The notes under the pieces are model-generated. The model had not been told where the DNA came from. It saw only the letters and a program-made list of their open reading frames with translations, and ran no database searches. Positions 1-14,209 of a stretch of DNA of 64,000 nt are shown in pieces. Origin of the DNA: Octopus vulgaris (Eukaryota); NCBI GenBank assembly GCA_951406725.2, contig OX597825.1, positions 84,134,001 to 84,198,000 on the forward strand, written 5' to 3'. Made by a program: the position numbers and the translations under genes. Position 1 is the first letter of the stretch, and each line of letters opens with the position of its first letter.

Positions 1-83
1 TACACACATAAATATATATACACAGATATATCTATATATATACGCATATATACATTATATTATATGTATTATATATATATATC

Positions 84-134
<51 letters not shown>

Positions 135-257
135 TATATATATATACATATTTATACATATATACACACATATGTAAATGAATGTTTATGTATATTTATA
201 TATGTACATTCACACGTACACATATATGCATACATTCATATAACGCCTATGTGTGTG

Positions 258-314
<57 letters not shown>

Positions 315-400
315 GTTTATATATATGTATGTTTACTTATATATATGTATATATATATATATATATGTGTGTGTGTATATATATGTATGTATATATATTT
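1..400. repeat. (TA)n/(CA)n compound microsatellite
   Basis: Direct reading; ORFs 182..409 and 249..461 are YI repeats. Confidence 0.95.
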
Positions 401-769
401 ACTGTGTAAAACAATTTGTGCTGTGATAATGCGTTGCTGGAGATTAGTTACTATAACATAATTCTTAGAAAAATTCATAAATGAATGTAACCGATTATAT
501 ACACCCCCTATTAAATAAAAATATCATTATACACCATTGACACCGACAATATCTCATGCCTACACGTTTCTGGAGAATTATTGATTTTAAGTGACTCTAC
601 AAAACCATTCTATACAAGTACAACTTTTATAAGAAAAGGTTTTTGTGGATTGAGACGCCATAATTGAATGCTGTCGAATATTGGGTTTGCAGCGAGTCAT
701 TCGTCTTTCTAGAAATAGCAGCCAAATGTCTACGGTAATCATTGCTGTACCGTTTTTGAAACATTTTAA

Positions 770-1140
770 CTTTTACCTGTTTCGGTTCTTGAAGTGCAGC
801 CATGCTGGGGTACCACCAAGAAGGATTTTAGTCAAATAAATCTAGGGTTCCCTAGTATAAACCTGCATACTCACGTTCACGTAAACATTATAGTCCACTG
901 ATGAAAGCCACCGCTTCCACGAGCAAAGGAACACTCCCCAATATGCTTCAAGTAAGATGTGCCTCCTTCAGGCCACTTATTCTTCCTATTACGACTGTAT
1001 GTGACTCCTTAATCGAACTTTATAATTTGACTGTCTATAAATATCGATGCTTCCTCCATACTTTATTTTTTAAAAATCTGGTACTCATTCTATCGGTCGT
1101 TTTCCGAACTGCTATGTCACGGGGACGTAAATAAACCAAC
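770..1140 (-). mobile_element. SINE family B 3' half, interrupted by about 210 bp of unrelated sequence
   Basis: cctgtttcggttcttgaagtgcagccatgctggggtaccacc and ctggtactcattctatcggtcgttttccgaactgctatgtcacggggacgtaaa match the copy at 18574-18745. Confidence 0.7.
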
Positions 1141-2300
1141 GCAGCTTGAGATCCATCTATGTATTAAGTAGATTTTTATCTACCCTTTCGGAAATTGATG
1201 CATGAACTAAGATTCGAAGAGAACGGTACAAGGTGAACAACTCCAAGGTGAACAACTCCAAGAAGTGATTTTGATAATTCTTTCATGGACACTCAGCGTG
1301 ATGAACCAGCCTAAACTCGCATCTCCAATTCAAAACTATTTGTAGCTCCATACGGTATATATATATATATAGGAAATTTAAGGAGGAAAATGCACACAAT
1401 TTACATAGTTTTAATAATACTTAAAATTTTTTTAATATTTATTACAACTCACCACGTGGGGATAACCGAAATTCCTCCCTTTCTATTACTATATATATAT
1501 ATGTACACACAGACACACACCCATATGTATGCATGCATGTGTGTCTGTATGTATGCATCTATGCATGTATGTATATATGTATGTATGTATCGAATGATCA
1601 GTTTTCCATTCTAACAACTGCACTGAGGTGGATTAATAAACCCAAAACTTGTGCGTTGCGTTGTTTCCATCAGATGGTTATAATAATGAAATCCATTATT
1701 ATCCATGCAGTCTATATTTTCTCGTTGAAGCTATCTGTCTTGCTTGTCTTTAGATATTAAAAACATATCTGGATGAAGTCTTTACCAAGTAATTAAATAT
1801 TCGTACGTAATTTGAGTTTTCCAACTCACAATGTTACAAGGATGAAACCTTAGGGAAACCTCTGTCTCTTTCTTTCTCTTTCTCTCTCAGTAATAAATTG
1901 GCGAGATGTGTATAAGAGACATCGAAGTTGCTAATCTATTGGAATGACATGACAAACGCATTACTCCGTCATTACGTACAATTCAATTTGTTCTGCGTTA
2001 AGAGCGAAGCAATTGCAGCCCCCTGTAGAAGAAAATGGAAACTTCAGAAGAAAATTAGCGAAAATAGAATTTTTAAAAATCCGCAGAATCATATGATATA
2101 ACACACACAGACACACACACACACACATACACATACACACATACACACACACACGCACACATACACAGGCGCACACTCGCACACACACAGGCGCACACTC
2201 GCACACGTACATATGAATGTTTGTGTATGTGTTCATACATATCATAATTATATTTTGGTGGCTGTATACGCATGTATGCATATATAATATATGATCACAC

Positions 2301-2373
<73 letters not shown>

Positions 2374-2688
2374 TGTGTGTGTGTGTGTGTATTCTTAACA
2401 TACACGCACACATATATATACATATATGTAAATGCATACATCCACATCACATAAGTTTACTTTCATACTTTTCTGTTTGTATAAACATGTATGCATATAT
2501 GGTTTTATGTATGTATGTATACACACACACACACTCCCACATACACACACAAACTTATATATACACATATCTATATGTATATATATATGTACATATATGT
2601 ATATATATGTATATATATATATATATGTATATATGTGTATATATATGTATATATATGTATATATATGTATATATACATATATATATAC

Positions 2689-2719
<31 letters not shown>

Positions 2720-4089
2720 CATATAGATATGTATATATATAAATCTGTGTGTTTATGTGTGTGTGTATGTAGGAGTGTGTGTGTGTGTATACATACATAC
2801 ATAAAACCATATATGCATACATATATGGTTAAAACCATATATGCATATATATATATTTTGTGTGTGTCTGTGTGTGAATGTTTGTGCGTGTGCGTGTGCG
2901 TGTGTGATTGAGCGTTTGTATATGTGGACAAGTTCGATAGTTCTGTCAACACAAGGATGACAACAACCCACGGAATTTTCCCTGAAAGCCATTCGACAAT
3001 GGTTTTATCCTATTATTTCTCTGACCAATGACTCCTATTGTTTTTTTTCTCTGTTTACTTTTACGTTGGCGGAGTTGCTTTATCTCAACTTATACAATTT
3101 ATTCTCTGCATTACACATGACAGTCATTAAAAAAACTATCATGTCACTTTTATTATAACATATCTCTACTTGTGGCACTGCTTTTTGCAAATCTTTCTCG
3201 GTATTTGTTAAAGATCTCCATTTTCTGTTTTGTCAAAAGAAAAGAAAACCAAGACTTTGTCTGAGCAAACAAAGGAGACGCATCTCTTCGTCTGCTTTCT
3301 TTCCTTTCTTTTTTCCTGCCTTTATTCCCATTTGTCTTCTCGTTCCACTTTAAGCATCAACCTGTCTTCTCATAGACGCCCTACTTTACAATTATGACGA
3401 TGTGCTGTAAGCCTGAAAGCTGGCTGCGAGAAGAAGGCAATTCATATGAAGCGACCGGATTGTCGTGCTTCCAAAGCATGAAACTATTTGTAAGTTTTAT
3501 TTAAATACTGTGTATATTAAATGATATTTCTTACACTGGAAGTGGTACGTTTTTGTTTATCCTACCCATAATCTAAATGCATACATACATACACACATAC
3601 ATACAAACACATACATACACACATACATCATACACATACACACATACATACATGCATACATACATACATAGATCCATACATCCATATACACACACATGTG
3701 TGTGTGTGTGCGTGTGTGCATGCAAACTTTATTTGTGGTTAGCAAAGCAACCAATGGTTTCATGTCAAGTGATCTTCACAGTTGTTCAAGCATGCCGCAT
3801 AAAACTGTTGGCTTTCCTCTCCATTTTCTATTCTCATCCAAATGGAGATGAGTGCCAGCAATTTTGAAGATCTCTTCACATGAAACCATTTGTTGGTTAT
3901 TAACCCTCAAAGAATGAATGCTTATTCACCAATGTGGTATTGGTCACTCATTCTCACTGTTTGTTATAGACTCACACACACACTGCTCTTCTGTCGATTC
4001 GGTAGCTGAGGTAATACATTATAAAGATGCGTGTTTTAAAAGTCCTAGTTTTACCTCTTTCATTCTTCTTTCTCCTCCACGTTTCTGCC

Positions 4090-4227
4090 CTCCACTACCA
4101 CCACTACCACGACCTCATCCTCCTCCTCCAACTACTCATTATTATCCTCTCCGTCAAAAGTAGTAGCACCGGCACCAATACCCAAGAACCTCAGCCACTA
4201 ACGCCGCCTACAACACCCAGCATCATT

Positions 4228-4258
<31 letters not shown>

Positions 4259-4946
4259 ATATTATGACCACACACAGACCCACCACCACCACCACAACCA
4301 CAACCACAATTAACGGAAACTTCACCATCATAATCACCACTACATGCAGCATCACTACGCTACCATCACCAGCACCGTCATCACCAGCATCAGCATCATC
4401 CCTAATCATCATCATCATCATCATCCACTTCATCATCATCCACTTCATCATCATCCACTTCATCATCATCATCATCATCATCATCAATTTCCTCTTTCAC
4501 TTTATCCTCCTCCTCCCCCACCCCTCCTCCTCCTCCTCCTCCTCCTCCTCCTCCTCATCATCATCATCAACAGCAGCTGCAGCAACAGTGTCAAGAAGTG
4601 CATCGCCGTCAGCAACCTCTCCGTAGCACCGACATCGATTATTGTCACAATAATATTCAACAAGAACTACAGCAAAAACAATAACAACAACAACAAACAT
4701 CATCATCAACAGCAGCAATGACAACGACAACGACAGCGATGTCGATTATTATTATTATGATGATGATGATGATGAGACGAAACACAAAAATCTATCAATA
4801 TTTGATGAATCTGGAAATTGAATTTTACAAAACAAATGTTTTTTTCTATAATTGCCTTTGTTGTTATCATTATTACGATTACAAATAATAATAATGATAA
4901 TCATCATCATGAACATGATCATCATCATGATCATCATCATTCTTCT

Positions 4947-4996
<50 letters not shown>

Positions 4997-5880
4997 TTCT
5001 ACTTCTTCTATTTCTTCTATTTCTTCTTCTTTTTCTTCTTCTCCTCCTCCTCTCCTCCTTCTTCTTCTTTTTCTTCTTCTCCTCCTCCTCCTCCTCCCCT
5101 CCCCCTTCTTCTTCTTCTTCTTCTTCTTCTTCTTCTCCTACCTCCCCCCTTCTTCTTCTTCTTCTTCTTCTTCTTCTTCTTCTTCTTCTTCTTCTTCTCC
5201 TCGTCCTCATTATTAAAGCGGAGATCTGACACAATCTTTGGCACGCCGGGCGAAATGCTTAGCAGTGTTTCACCCGTCGCTACGTTTTTCATCTCTCGCA
5301 CGTTGATAAGACATAGTACCTGTCAAATACTGGGGGTCGATCGTATCGACTAAAGCCTGCTCCCCAGAATTGTTGGCGGGAATCTTAAGTAATGATGGTC
5401 ATCATCATCATCACCATCATCGTCGTTGTCATCGTCAGCCTCATTATCATCACCATCATAATGGTCATCGTCATCATCATCATCGTCATCATCTTCTCGT
5501 TCTTCATTCCCTCCTCCTCCTCTTTCTTCTTCTTTCTTCTTCTTCTTCTTCTTCTTCTTCTTCTTCTTCTCCTTCTTCTTCTTCTTCTTCTTCTTCTTCT
5601 TCTTCTCATTTTTCTTCTTCTTCATCGTCTTCTTCTTCTTCTTCTTCTTCTTCTTCTTCTTCTTCTCCTCCTTTTTCTTCTTCTTCCTCGTCTTCTTCTT
5701 CTCCTCCTTTTTCTTCTACTTCTTCTTCTTCCTCTTCTTCTTTTTCTCCTTCTTCTTCTTCCTCTTCTTCTTCTTCATTTCCTTCTTCTTCTTCTTCTTC
5801 TTCTTCTTCTTCTTCTTCTTCTTCTTCTTCTTCTTCTTCTTCTTCTTCTTCTTCTTCTCCCTCTCCTTCCCCTTCTCCTG
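4090..5880. repeat. Trinucleotide microsatellite field (CAT, CCT, CTT)n
   Basis: Long CAT, CCT and CTT runs; homopolymeric translations in all frames. Confidence 0.95.
5240..5380 (+). mobile_element. SINE family A fragment
   Basis: cgccgggcgaaatgcttagc...tagtacctg...ctgggggtcgat matches 40208-40435. Confidence 0.7.
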
Positions 5881-6144
5881 TTTCTTCTTATCGTTACAGA
5901 AATAATTATATGCCTAAAGTTAGGGTTTACAGTTATAGTGTCTTCTGTTGATGAAGAATATGTCGATGATGAGGAGGAGGATGTGCTTTTTAGTTGTCGT
6001 TGTTGCTGAGTTATGATGTTGACGTTGCAGTTGTTTTTGTTGCTCATAATGTTTGTAATGTTAGTGACAAAATACGTTCATACACACATTGATGTGGATT
6101 TAAATTCCATCAATTTATTCGAAAAATTCATTTAAAAGGAAGGA

Positions 6145-6243
<99 letters not shown>

Positions 6244-6449
6244 TGTCTTTTTTTTTTACCTGTTTGCGATCAGGGGACGTTGGATGCGACGGAGAAGACA
6301 GCGAATGTGAATTATATTCTTTTGTTTTTATTTTCTCCATTTTCTCTTTATCTGAGCATGACTGCAAATAGATTTGTCATCTGTAAATTATGTTTCTATA
6401 AATCTATGCGTACATACATACACATATATCATACATACATACACACACT

Positions 6450-6503
<54 letters not shown>

Positions 6504-6605
6504 AACATACATATACATGTATATATATATAAATATATGTCTATATGTGTATAAATATATGCATATATATACATACATATATATATTAGCATACCTACAT
6601 ACATG

Positions 6606-6664
<59 letters not shown>

Positions 6665-6726
6665 ATATATATATACATATACATATATATATACATATAC
6701 ATATATATATACATATACATATATAT

Positions 6727-6791
6727 GTTTATGTTTATGTTTATGTTTTCCAGTTTCAGCTCCTGAGCTGTGGCCATGCTGGGGCACCGCC
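6727..6791 (-). mobile_element. Extremely 5'-truncated LINE/SINE 3' tail inserted in (TA)n
   Basis: Minus strand ggcggtgccccagcatggccacagctcaggagctgaaactgg plus (aaacat)n; same tail as 37313-37369 and 53418-53475. Confidence 0.75.
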
Positions 6792-7047
6792 ATTAATATA
6801 TATTTATACATTATATATATTTATACATACATATACATATATATATATATGCGTATATATATATATATATACGCATATACATATATGTACATATATGCAT
6901 ATATATATACATGTATTTGTGTGTGTCTGTATTTGTCAAATATTGTGTGAATTTTATAATACATTCATTTATACATATATAATCATACAAATATTGGTGA
7001 ATGTATATGCATATATATATATATATATGTGTCTGTGTATTTGTGCG

Positions 7048-7078
<31 letters not shown>

Positions 7079-7421
7079 TATACACATACACATATATGTA
7101 TATACAGAGAGAGAGAGAAAGAAAGAAGATAAATACACACACACGCATATCTCTATATACGTATATGTACACGCACACTTGTGCGGTCACACATAAAAGT
7201 TTATATCTATATACACATAAGCATGTATATATACAAAAATGTATATACACAGACACACACACGCATATACATGTGTAAGCATGCACATACATATGTGCAT
7301 ATATACATACTTTCATGCATACATATATTTGTATACATACATATATTTATATATGCCTGTCTATCTACCTATGTATATACATATATCTGTGCACACATAT
7401 ATATATACATATATATATTAT

Positions 7422-7454
<33 letters not shown>

Positions 7455-7857
7455 TTGGATTAATACTCGCATACAACATATAAATATAAACTTATATAAG
7501 TCTGTGTGTCTGTTTATACGTGCGTCTCTACACAGTTTAAATTAAAATACGTGACTACGAATTAATAACTGTCACTTTTTTCTGCTAATGAACAAACGTA
7601 GAAATAACCGTTTCACAGTGTCATATTTTAAGATGGCGCTAGAATGTGATGTAGCAATTTTAATTTACATTCGTAGCTGCTTGTGTCTTATATAAACAGA
7701 CTGCTAGAAGCAGACGTGGCTAATCTGTAATGCATTATTTGCGAAAGCTTACAGAGGCTATGATAGACAGATGCCCGATAATCTGAGCCTGAGATGCTAC
7801 TTTCAAATCACACGAGATGCTAGTTTCAATCGCTCTATTGAACATTTCAGCAGACCA

Positions 7858-8028
7858 TGGCACTGAGCTAGGAGATTCATTAGGACGCAGGAGAAGATGC
7901 CTAGCGGCATTTCTTTCAGCTCTTTAGGTTCTGAGTTCAAATTCCGCCGAGGTCGACTTCGCTACTCATCCTTTCGAGGTTGACAAAATAAGCACCATAT
8001 GATCCCTGCCACTGATATAACCGACTGA
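7858..8028 (+). mobile_element. tRNA-derived SINE family A
   Basis: B-box-like gagttcaaattcc followed by gccgaggtcgacttcgctactcatcctttcgaggttgacaaaataagcacc. Confidence 0.8.
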
Positions 8029-8775
8029 CTTTCGCTGTTTACAGAAGTGCTTGGTAGGAAGGTGTGTAGCGTGGGATCATCGCATTGAGCATGATAAAGG
8101 AAGTTGTCTTGGCGATCCCTGTTCAGGGGTCTACGTAAATTTTCAGAAAGTGTATGGAGAGGAGTTAATGAACCGTACACAAGTGTACAAGTGGTTCAGA
8201 CGTTTGCAAGATGGCCGAAAAAAATGTCGATTTCGATGAAAGTTCTAGGAGGTCCACAACCAGCAGAACTGAGAACAACATCTCAGATGTGCGTGCAGCT
8301 GCGAGGGGAAATCGATGAATCACCATCCGTGAGTTATCAGAGGATGTGCAGATTAGTTACGGTTCAGTTCAGTCCAGTATCACTGAAGATTTGGGTATGA
8401 GACGCGTGTCTGCCAAGTTTGTGCCAAAACTGTTTTCAGCTGACCAAAAGGACACTCGGGTTTCAGTTGCACAAGATCTTCTTGATTGTGTCGAGAAAGA
8501 TGAAAACCTTTTTGAAAACTTTGCATAGGTCTCTGAGCGGGTATCACCAAGCTTTTGTTAAAATTTGATGCAGATTCTCTGCTCAACTTTCTCTGTCAGG
8601 GTCAATGCGACGATCACACGCTACATATATTCCTTCCAAGCACTGCTGTAAACAATGAAAGTGATATGGAATGCTAAACTTTTGTGCGATTAATCTGTGC
8701 CAAGGGGCTTTACCCTGCGTGCTTTAGCTCCGTTACTATGGCAACATTTCGGATACTTATTGATCAGACGACGTA
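8029..8775 (+). mobile_element. Rearranged mariner element: N-terminal transposase remnant plus an inverted copy of its own 5' end with TIR
   Basis: Plus-strand peptides VYGEELMNRTQVYKWFRRLQDG and EDLGMRRVSAKFVPKL; minus strand 8513-8598 reads TEKVEQRICIKF*QKLGDTRSETYAKF; mariner-type TIR (minus TAcgtcgtctgatcaataagtatccga) ends at TA 8774-8775. Confidence 0.9.
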
Positions 8776-8987
8776 TTTACCATTAACATATGTTACACCA
8801 TATATCTACAGGAATGTGTACGGAAAGAAATTAAAGTGGGGGTGGGTGATCTTCTCTGGAAGAAGAACAGGAGAAAATCGCTAATATTGGTTAAGCGAAG
8901 TTTTTGTGGGCTTGAATTTGAAAATGCAAGCAAATATGCCTCTTATCGTTCATGCTTTTCTTAAACACCGAAACTAGAGAGGATATA

Positions 8988-9807
8988 TATGTCGTACATA
9001 ACAGATCTATACTAATTTTTTTAAAGAAATACTTTAAGGAATGCAGGTGAAAAGCCAAAGTGTGTAAGATAAGGCCGATAGATAAAGAAAAGTAGAAGAT
9101 ATAAATTTACATAGGTTGTTTAATGCATGTTACATTTCGGGAACACTTGCTTTTATCAAATATATCATAAGAGATATGACATTATGGGCGAGTGAAGGAA
9201 TAATGAGTAAGGTTACAGGACAGTAGCTGGGTTATACTTACTAATGTAGTGCGTCATAAGCAGAATTAGTAGGGTTCCTGGTAAGGAGAGTTATTATGGT
9301 TGTGTGTGGGAATATTTAGATTTCGCACAAGCACCCACTCACCCACAATAACTCTCTTTATCCGAACACCTATTGCTGCTGATTATAACACAACATATCA
9401 CCACCTACTACTCATAATATGTCTTTACCAACCACAATAATAGAGTAATCTATCAATGCTTTCTATCACAACACACAATATTGACCTGCCGAATATAATA
9501 CTTTTTTCTCATATATTTGATAAAGAGAAGCTTTCCCGAAATATAAGAGCAGCACTAAGCAACCTATATACAGGAATACGATATCGTGCCCTTGTTTCTA
9601 TTGACATTACCTAACACATTGTTGCCAACTTCTCACCTGTATTGCTTAATGGTATTTTCTAAAGAATATTCATATCATTTAGACATTGCAATACTTCAAA
9701 CAAATTGCAGTCGTCTTTTAATATTTATTTATTTATGAAGACAGCGGTATTCATGATCACAACACAGTGTAAATCTTCTGCGAAAAAGCGATCTGCTTAT
9801 TGACATA
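8988..9807. repeat. Old foldback/MITE-like palindrome
   Basis: 9015-9310 aligns by eye to the reverse complement of 9333-9668 (e.g. atttcgggaacacttgcttttatcaaatatat vs atttcgggaaagcttctctttatcaaatatat). Confidence 0.75.
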
Positions 9808-10064
9808 CAATTAATCTTATGATTAATGACTTACATCATCCATTTGGAATTAAGAAAATTTTGAGTTGCCATAAGTCTTATTAAAATTACCATAATCAAC
9901 ACATACACAAACCCCACATACAGTGTAAGTATACATAAACACATACACACAAACACATACGCATGTACACATAGAATTGCGCAATGTAGATTATATATAT
10001 ATATGTTGCTTGACTTAGTTATATACTGACACACACTAAAACATCCAATATGTCTGTCTTCCGT

Positions 10065-10148
<84 letters not shown>

Positions 10149-10198
10149 TCATCTATCCATCTATCTATCTATCCATCCATCCATCCATCCATCCATCC

Positions 10199-10285
<87 letters not shown>

Positions 10286-10314
10286 CATCTATCTATCTAT
10301 CCATCCATCCATCC

Positions 10315-10388
<74 letters not shown>

Positions 10389-10462
10389 TCATCTATCCAT
10401 CTATCTATCTATCCATCCATCCATCCATCTATCTATCTATCTATCTATCTATCCATCCATCC

Positions 10463-10527
<65 letters not shown>

Positions 10528-10530
10528 CCT
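10065..10530. repeat. (TCTA/TCCA)n tetranucleotide microsatellite
   Basis: Direct reading. Confidence 0.97.
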
Positions 10531-11709
10531 ACCACCTACCTAACTACCCACCTACCTCTCTTTGTCTGTCTGTATGTCTATCTATGTATCTATTTACCTA
10601 TCAGTCTGTCTATTCATCCACCCATTTGTCTATCTGTGTATCTATCTATCTATCTATCTATCTATCCATCCATCTACCCATACATGCATACATACATGTA
10701 TACATACATGCATACATGCACGTATGCATACATCCATCCATACATACAGGCGTACTTACATTGATGCATGCATACATACTCGCATATATACATACACACA
10801 CGCACACACACATATATAAACATATACATATATATATGAATACATATATACATTTACATACAAGCATACATACATACATGTATACATGTATGTGTGTATA
10901 TATATGTGTGCGTGTGTGTGTGTACGTATGTGCGTGTGTATCTATATTAGAATGAAGTATTGCCGAATGGAGAAACAGTGGTTCAGACTCTGATGACGAT
11001 ATACGCGAAAAAAAAAAAGATTAATCATAAATAAGAATAACGATGAAAATTTTACATTAAATCACTTCATAATCAAATATTTTGGGTGAAAGTATCCTTA
11101 TTCAATGAATGAATGGAACAGGAAATCGGGTCCCAGATGACGGCGGATTCGAGGCATGACACCGCTTTTCAATCAGCATTTATAGAAGCCGATTCGACAC
11201 CGAACACTTTCACTTTTTTTTTCCCCGATAGATGGAATTATTCTCTTGAAATGGCATATTTGGTCCGAGTCAGGCGCAAAGAGGGAATGGATTCGTAGTT
11301 CATTCGAAGCATTGAAAGAATATAAAAACAGTGATTTAAATATCCACGCCTATGGAGTTTGGAAATAGAGTCGCGGATTAATACGGAACTCTTTGAACCA
11401 GTTCTTTTATGTATTTAACGTTCTGGGGGATTTTTATTTTTTTTATAGGTTTCTCTTTTACCTATTCAATACTTTTGAAGTTGGAACATATTGTTGCAGC
11501 TCCCGTATTTCAATAATGCTTGCTTATTATGGAGTGCTGAGAAGCGACCGCGGACAAAAGATCATGGATTGCTTTCACACCGTATCTGTATTTCACTTCC
11601 TATGTGTGACTGCGTGTATATGTGCGCGCATAGGTATGCATGTATATATATAAAAGTATATATATGTGTATATATATATACATATATATACAGATATATG
11701 TATGTATAA

Positions 11710-11759
<50 letters not shown>

Positions 11760-12271
11760 ATATGTGTATATATGCATGTATGTATTTATATATATATATA
11801 TATACATGTATGAATATACATATATATAAATATATATACATGCATGTATGTATGAATGTATATATATATATGTATATATATGTATATATATATTTATTTA
11901 TAGATATTCACACGCGTATAAACGCACACACACATATGATGATTGTGTATCTGTGTTTATATGTAGACATAAAAATGTATTTTGAAATTATATATTTAGT
12001 TATCTATCTGTGTTTCCATCCATCCATCCATCCATACAACCATCAATACATCAATCCATCTATCCATGCATCTATGTATCCATCTATTTCTCTCCCCACT
12101 TCTCTCTCTCATTTTCTCTCACTCTCTCTCTATCTGTTTATGTGAACATAACAACAATAACGCACAGCAATAAGAAAGAAACTCCAATTAATACGTACCT
12201 TATTTCGAAAGAAAACAAAAGTTGAACAAAGCATAAATTAAGTTGAATTTCTTAATTATATATTTGTAAAT

Positions 12272-12278
12272 TAATAAC

Positions 12279-12346
<68 letters not shown>

Positions 12347-12363
12347 TAATAATAATAATAACG

Positions 12364-12403
<40 letters not shown>

Positions 12404-12472
12404 TAAAAATAAAAATAAAAATAATAATAACAAGGACAACAAGAACAACAACAACAACAATAATAATAGTAA
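12272..12472. repeat. (AAT)n microsatellite
   Basis: Direct reading. Confidence 0.97.
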
Positions 12473-12720
12473 TATATACACATATATATATTCTGCTGAT
12501 GTAATTAACACCTTATCGATTATATATTCGTCGTCTCCTTCATTTTGCAAAAATATACGTGTGCAAATTATGAATCTTCGGCATCATTATGAGATAGGAA
12601 ATAGCGCTGCTTGGTAAACAATATAACGTTTAAAAAATCATAATTTTTGTGTATTCATTTTTATGCAATTTATGTATATATATGTATGTATGTATAAATA
12701 TATAAATATATATACATATA

Positions 12721-12786
<66 letters not shown>

Positions 12787-12819
12787 TGTATTTATATATA
12801 TACATACATATATATGTAC

Positions 12820-12861
<42 letters not shown>

Positions 12862-13139
12862 GTATGTATGTATATAATCTTACGTACACATAATATATAT
12901 ACATAAATAAATATATATTCAAATATACAAACACACATACATACAGATACATATGCATATAGGGAAGAGTATATCATAAAACTGAAACAAGGCATGATCT
13001 ATATATGTGTGTGTGTGTACTTATTTATGCACATATATTTATGCATATATATAAAATATATTTATTATATACATAATAGATATATATATGTATTATGTAT
13101 ATAATATATATATATATATATATATAGTATATATACATA

Positions 13140-13267
<128 letters not shown>

Positions 13268-13904
13268 CTAAATATGTACATACACACATATATATGTAAC
13301 AACAAATACAAGCATATATATATATATTTATGTTTGTCTGTCTGTCTACCTATCTATTTATCTACACACTATATGTATATAAATATATGCCTATATACAT
13401 ATATCATGTGTATATGTATGAGTGCATGCGCATATGCGCGCTTGTGTGTACGCGAGCACGACGTACATATGTATGTATGCATGCAATTGACAATTACCAC
13501 TTAAACATTCCATTAGGACGAGAAGCTGTTATTAACGAGTACCTCATCTCGAAAGAAAACACCAAATCCAAGAAAACACTAAGCAAGTTGCATTCCCCAA
13601 TTATAGATATTTGTCAATTAATTATAGACATATAAATTCTGCTGATACACTTAACGCTATATTAATTCTATTTTCCATTCTATCATCCATTTGGAATAAA
13701 ATGCACCTAAGATTTAAATTATTTTTTAACACTGTAGGTGCAATTAAGACTGAGGGGGCTAAGAAACTTGTTTTGGAAGCACCTGGTGTCGGGTTCAATT
13801 CTTATGTAGGCAGCGAAGACAAAGGTCTTCGACTATAGCCCCGGGTTCATCGACGACTTGTGAATGAATTCTGCACATAAAAACTATGTGAAGGTCGTAA
13901 TATA

Positions 13905-14205
<301 letters not shown>

Positions 14206-14209
<4 letters not shown>

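Noticed and set aside
895-1020. ctgatga as a hammerhead
   Set aside because: No stem II closure or GAAA/UH half found downstream.
1229-1262. 15-bp tandem duplication (similar small ones near 7790, 29003, 33908, 38879)
   Set aside because: Ordinary slippage duplications with no further structure.
4027-4721. Mucin-like or His/Gln-rich ORFs
   Set aside because: Open in several frames on both strands because of trinucleotide repeats; no domain or convincing splice structure.
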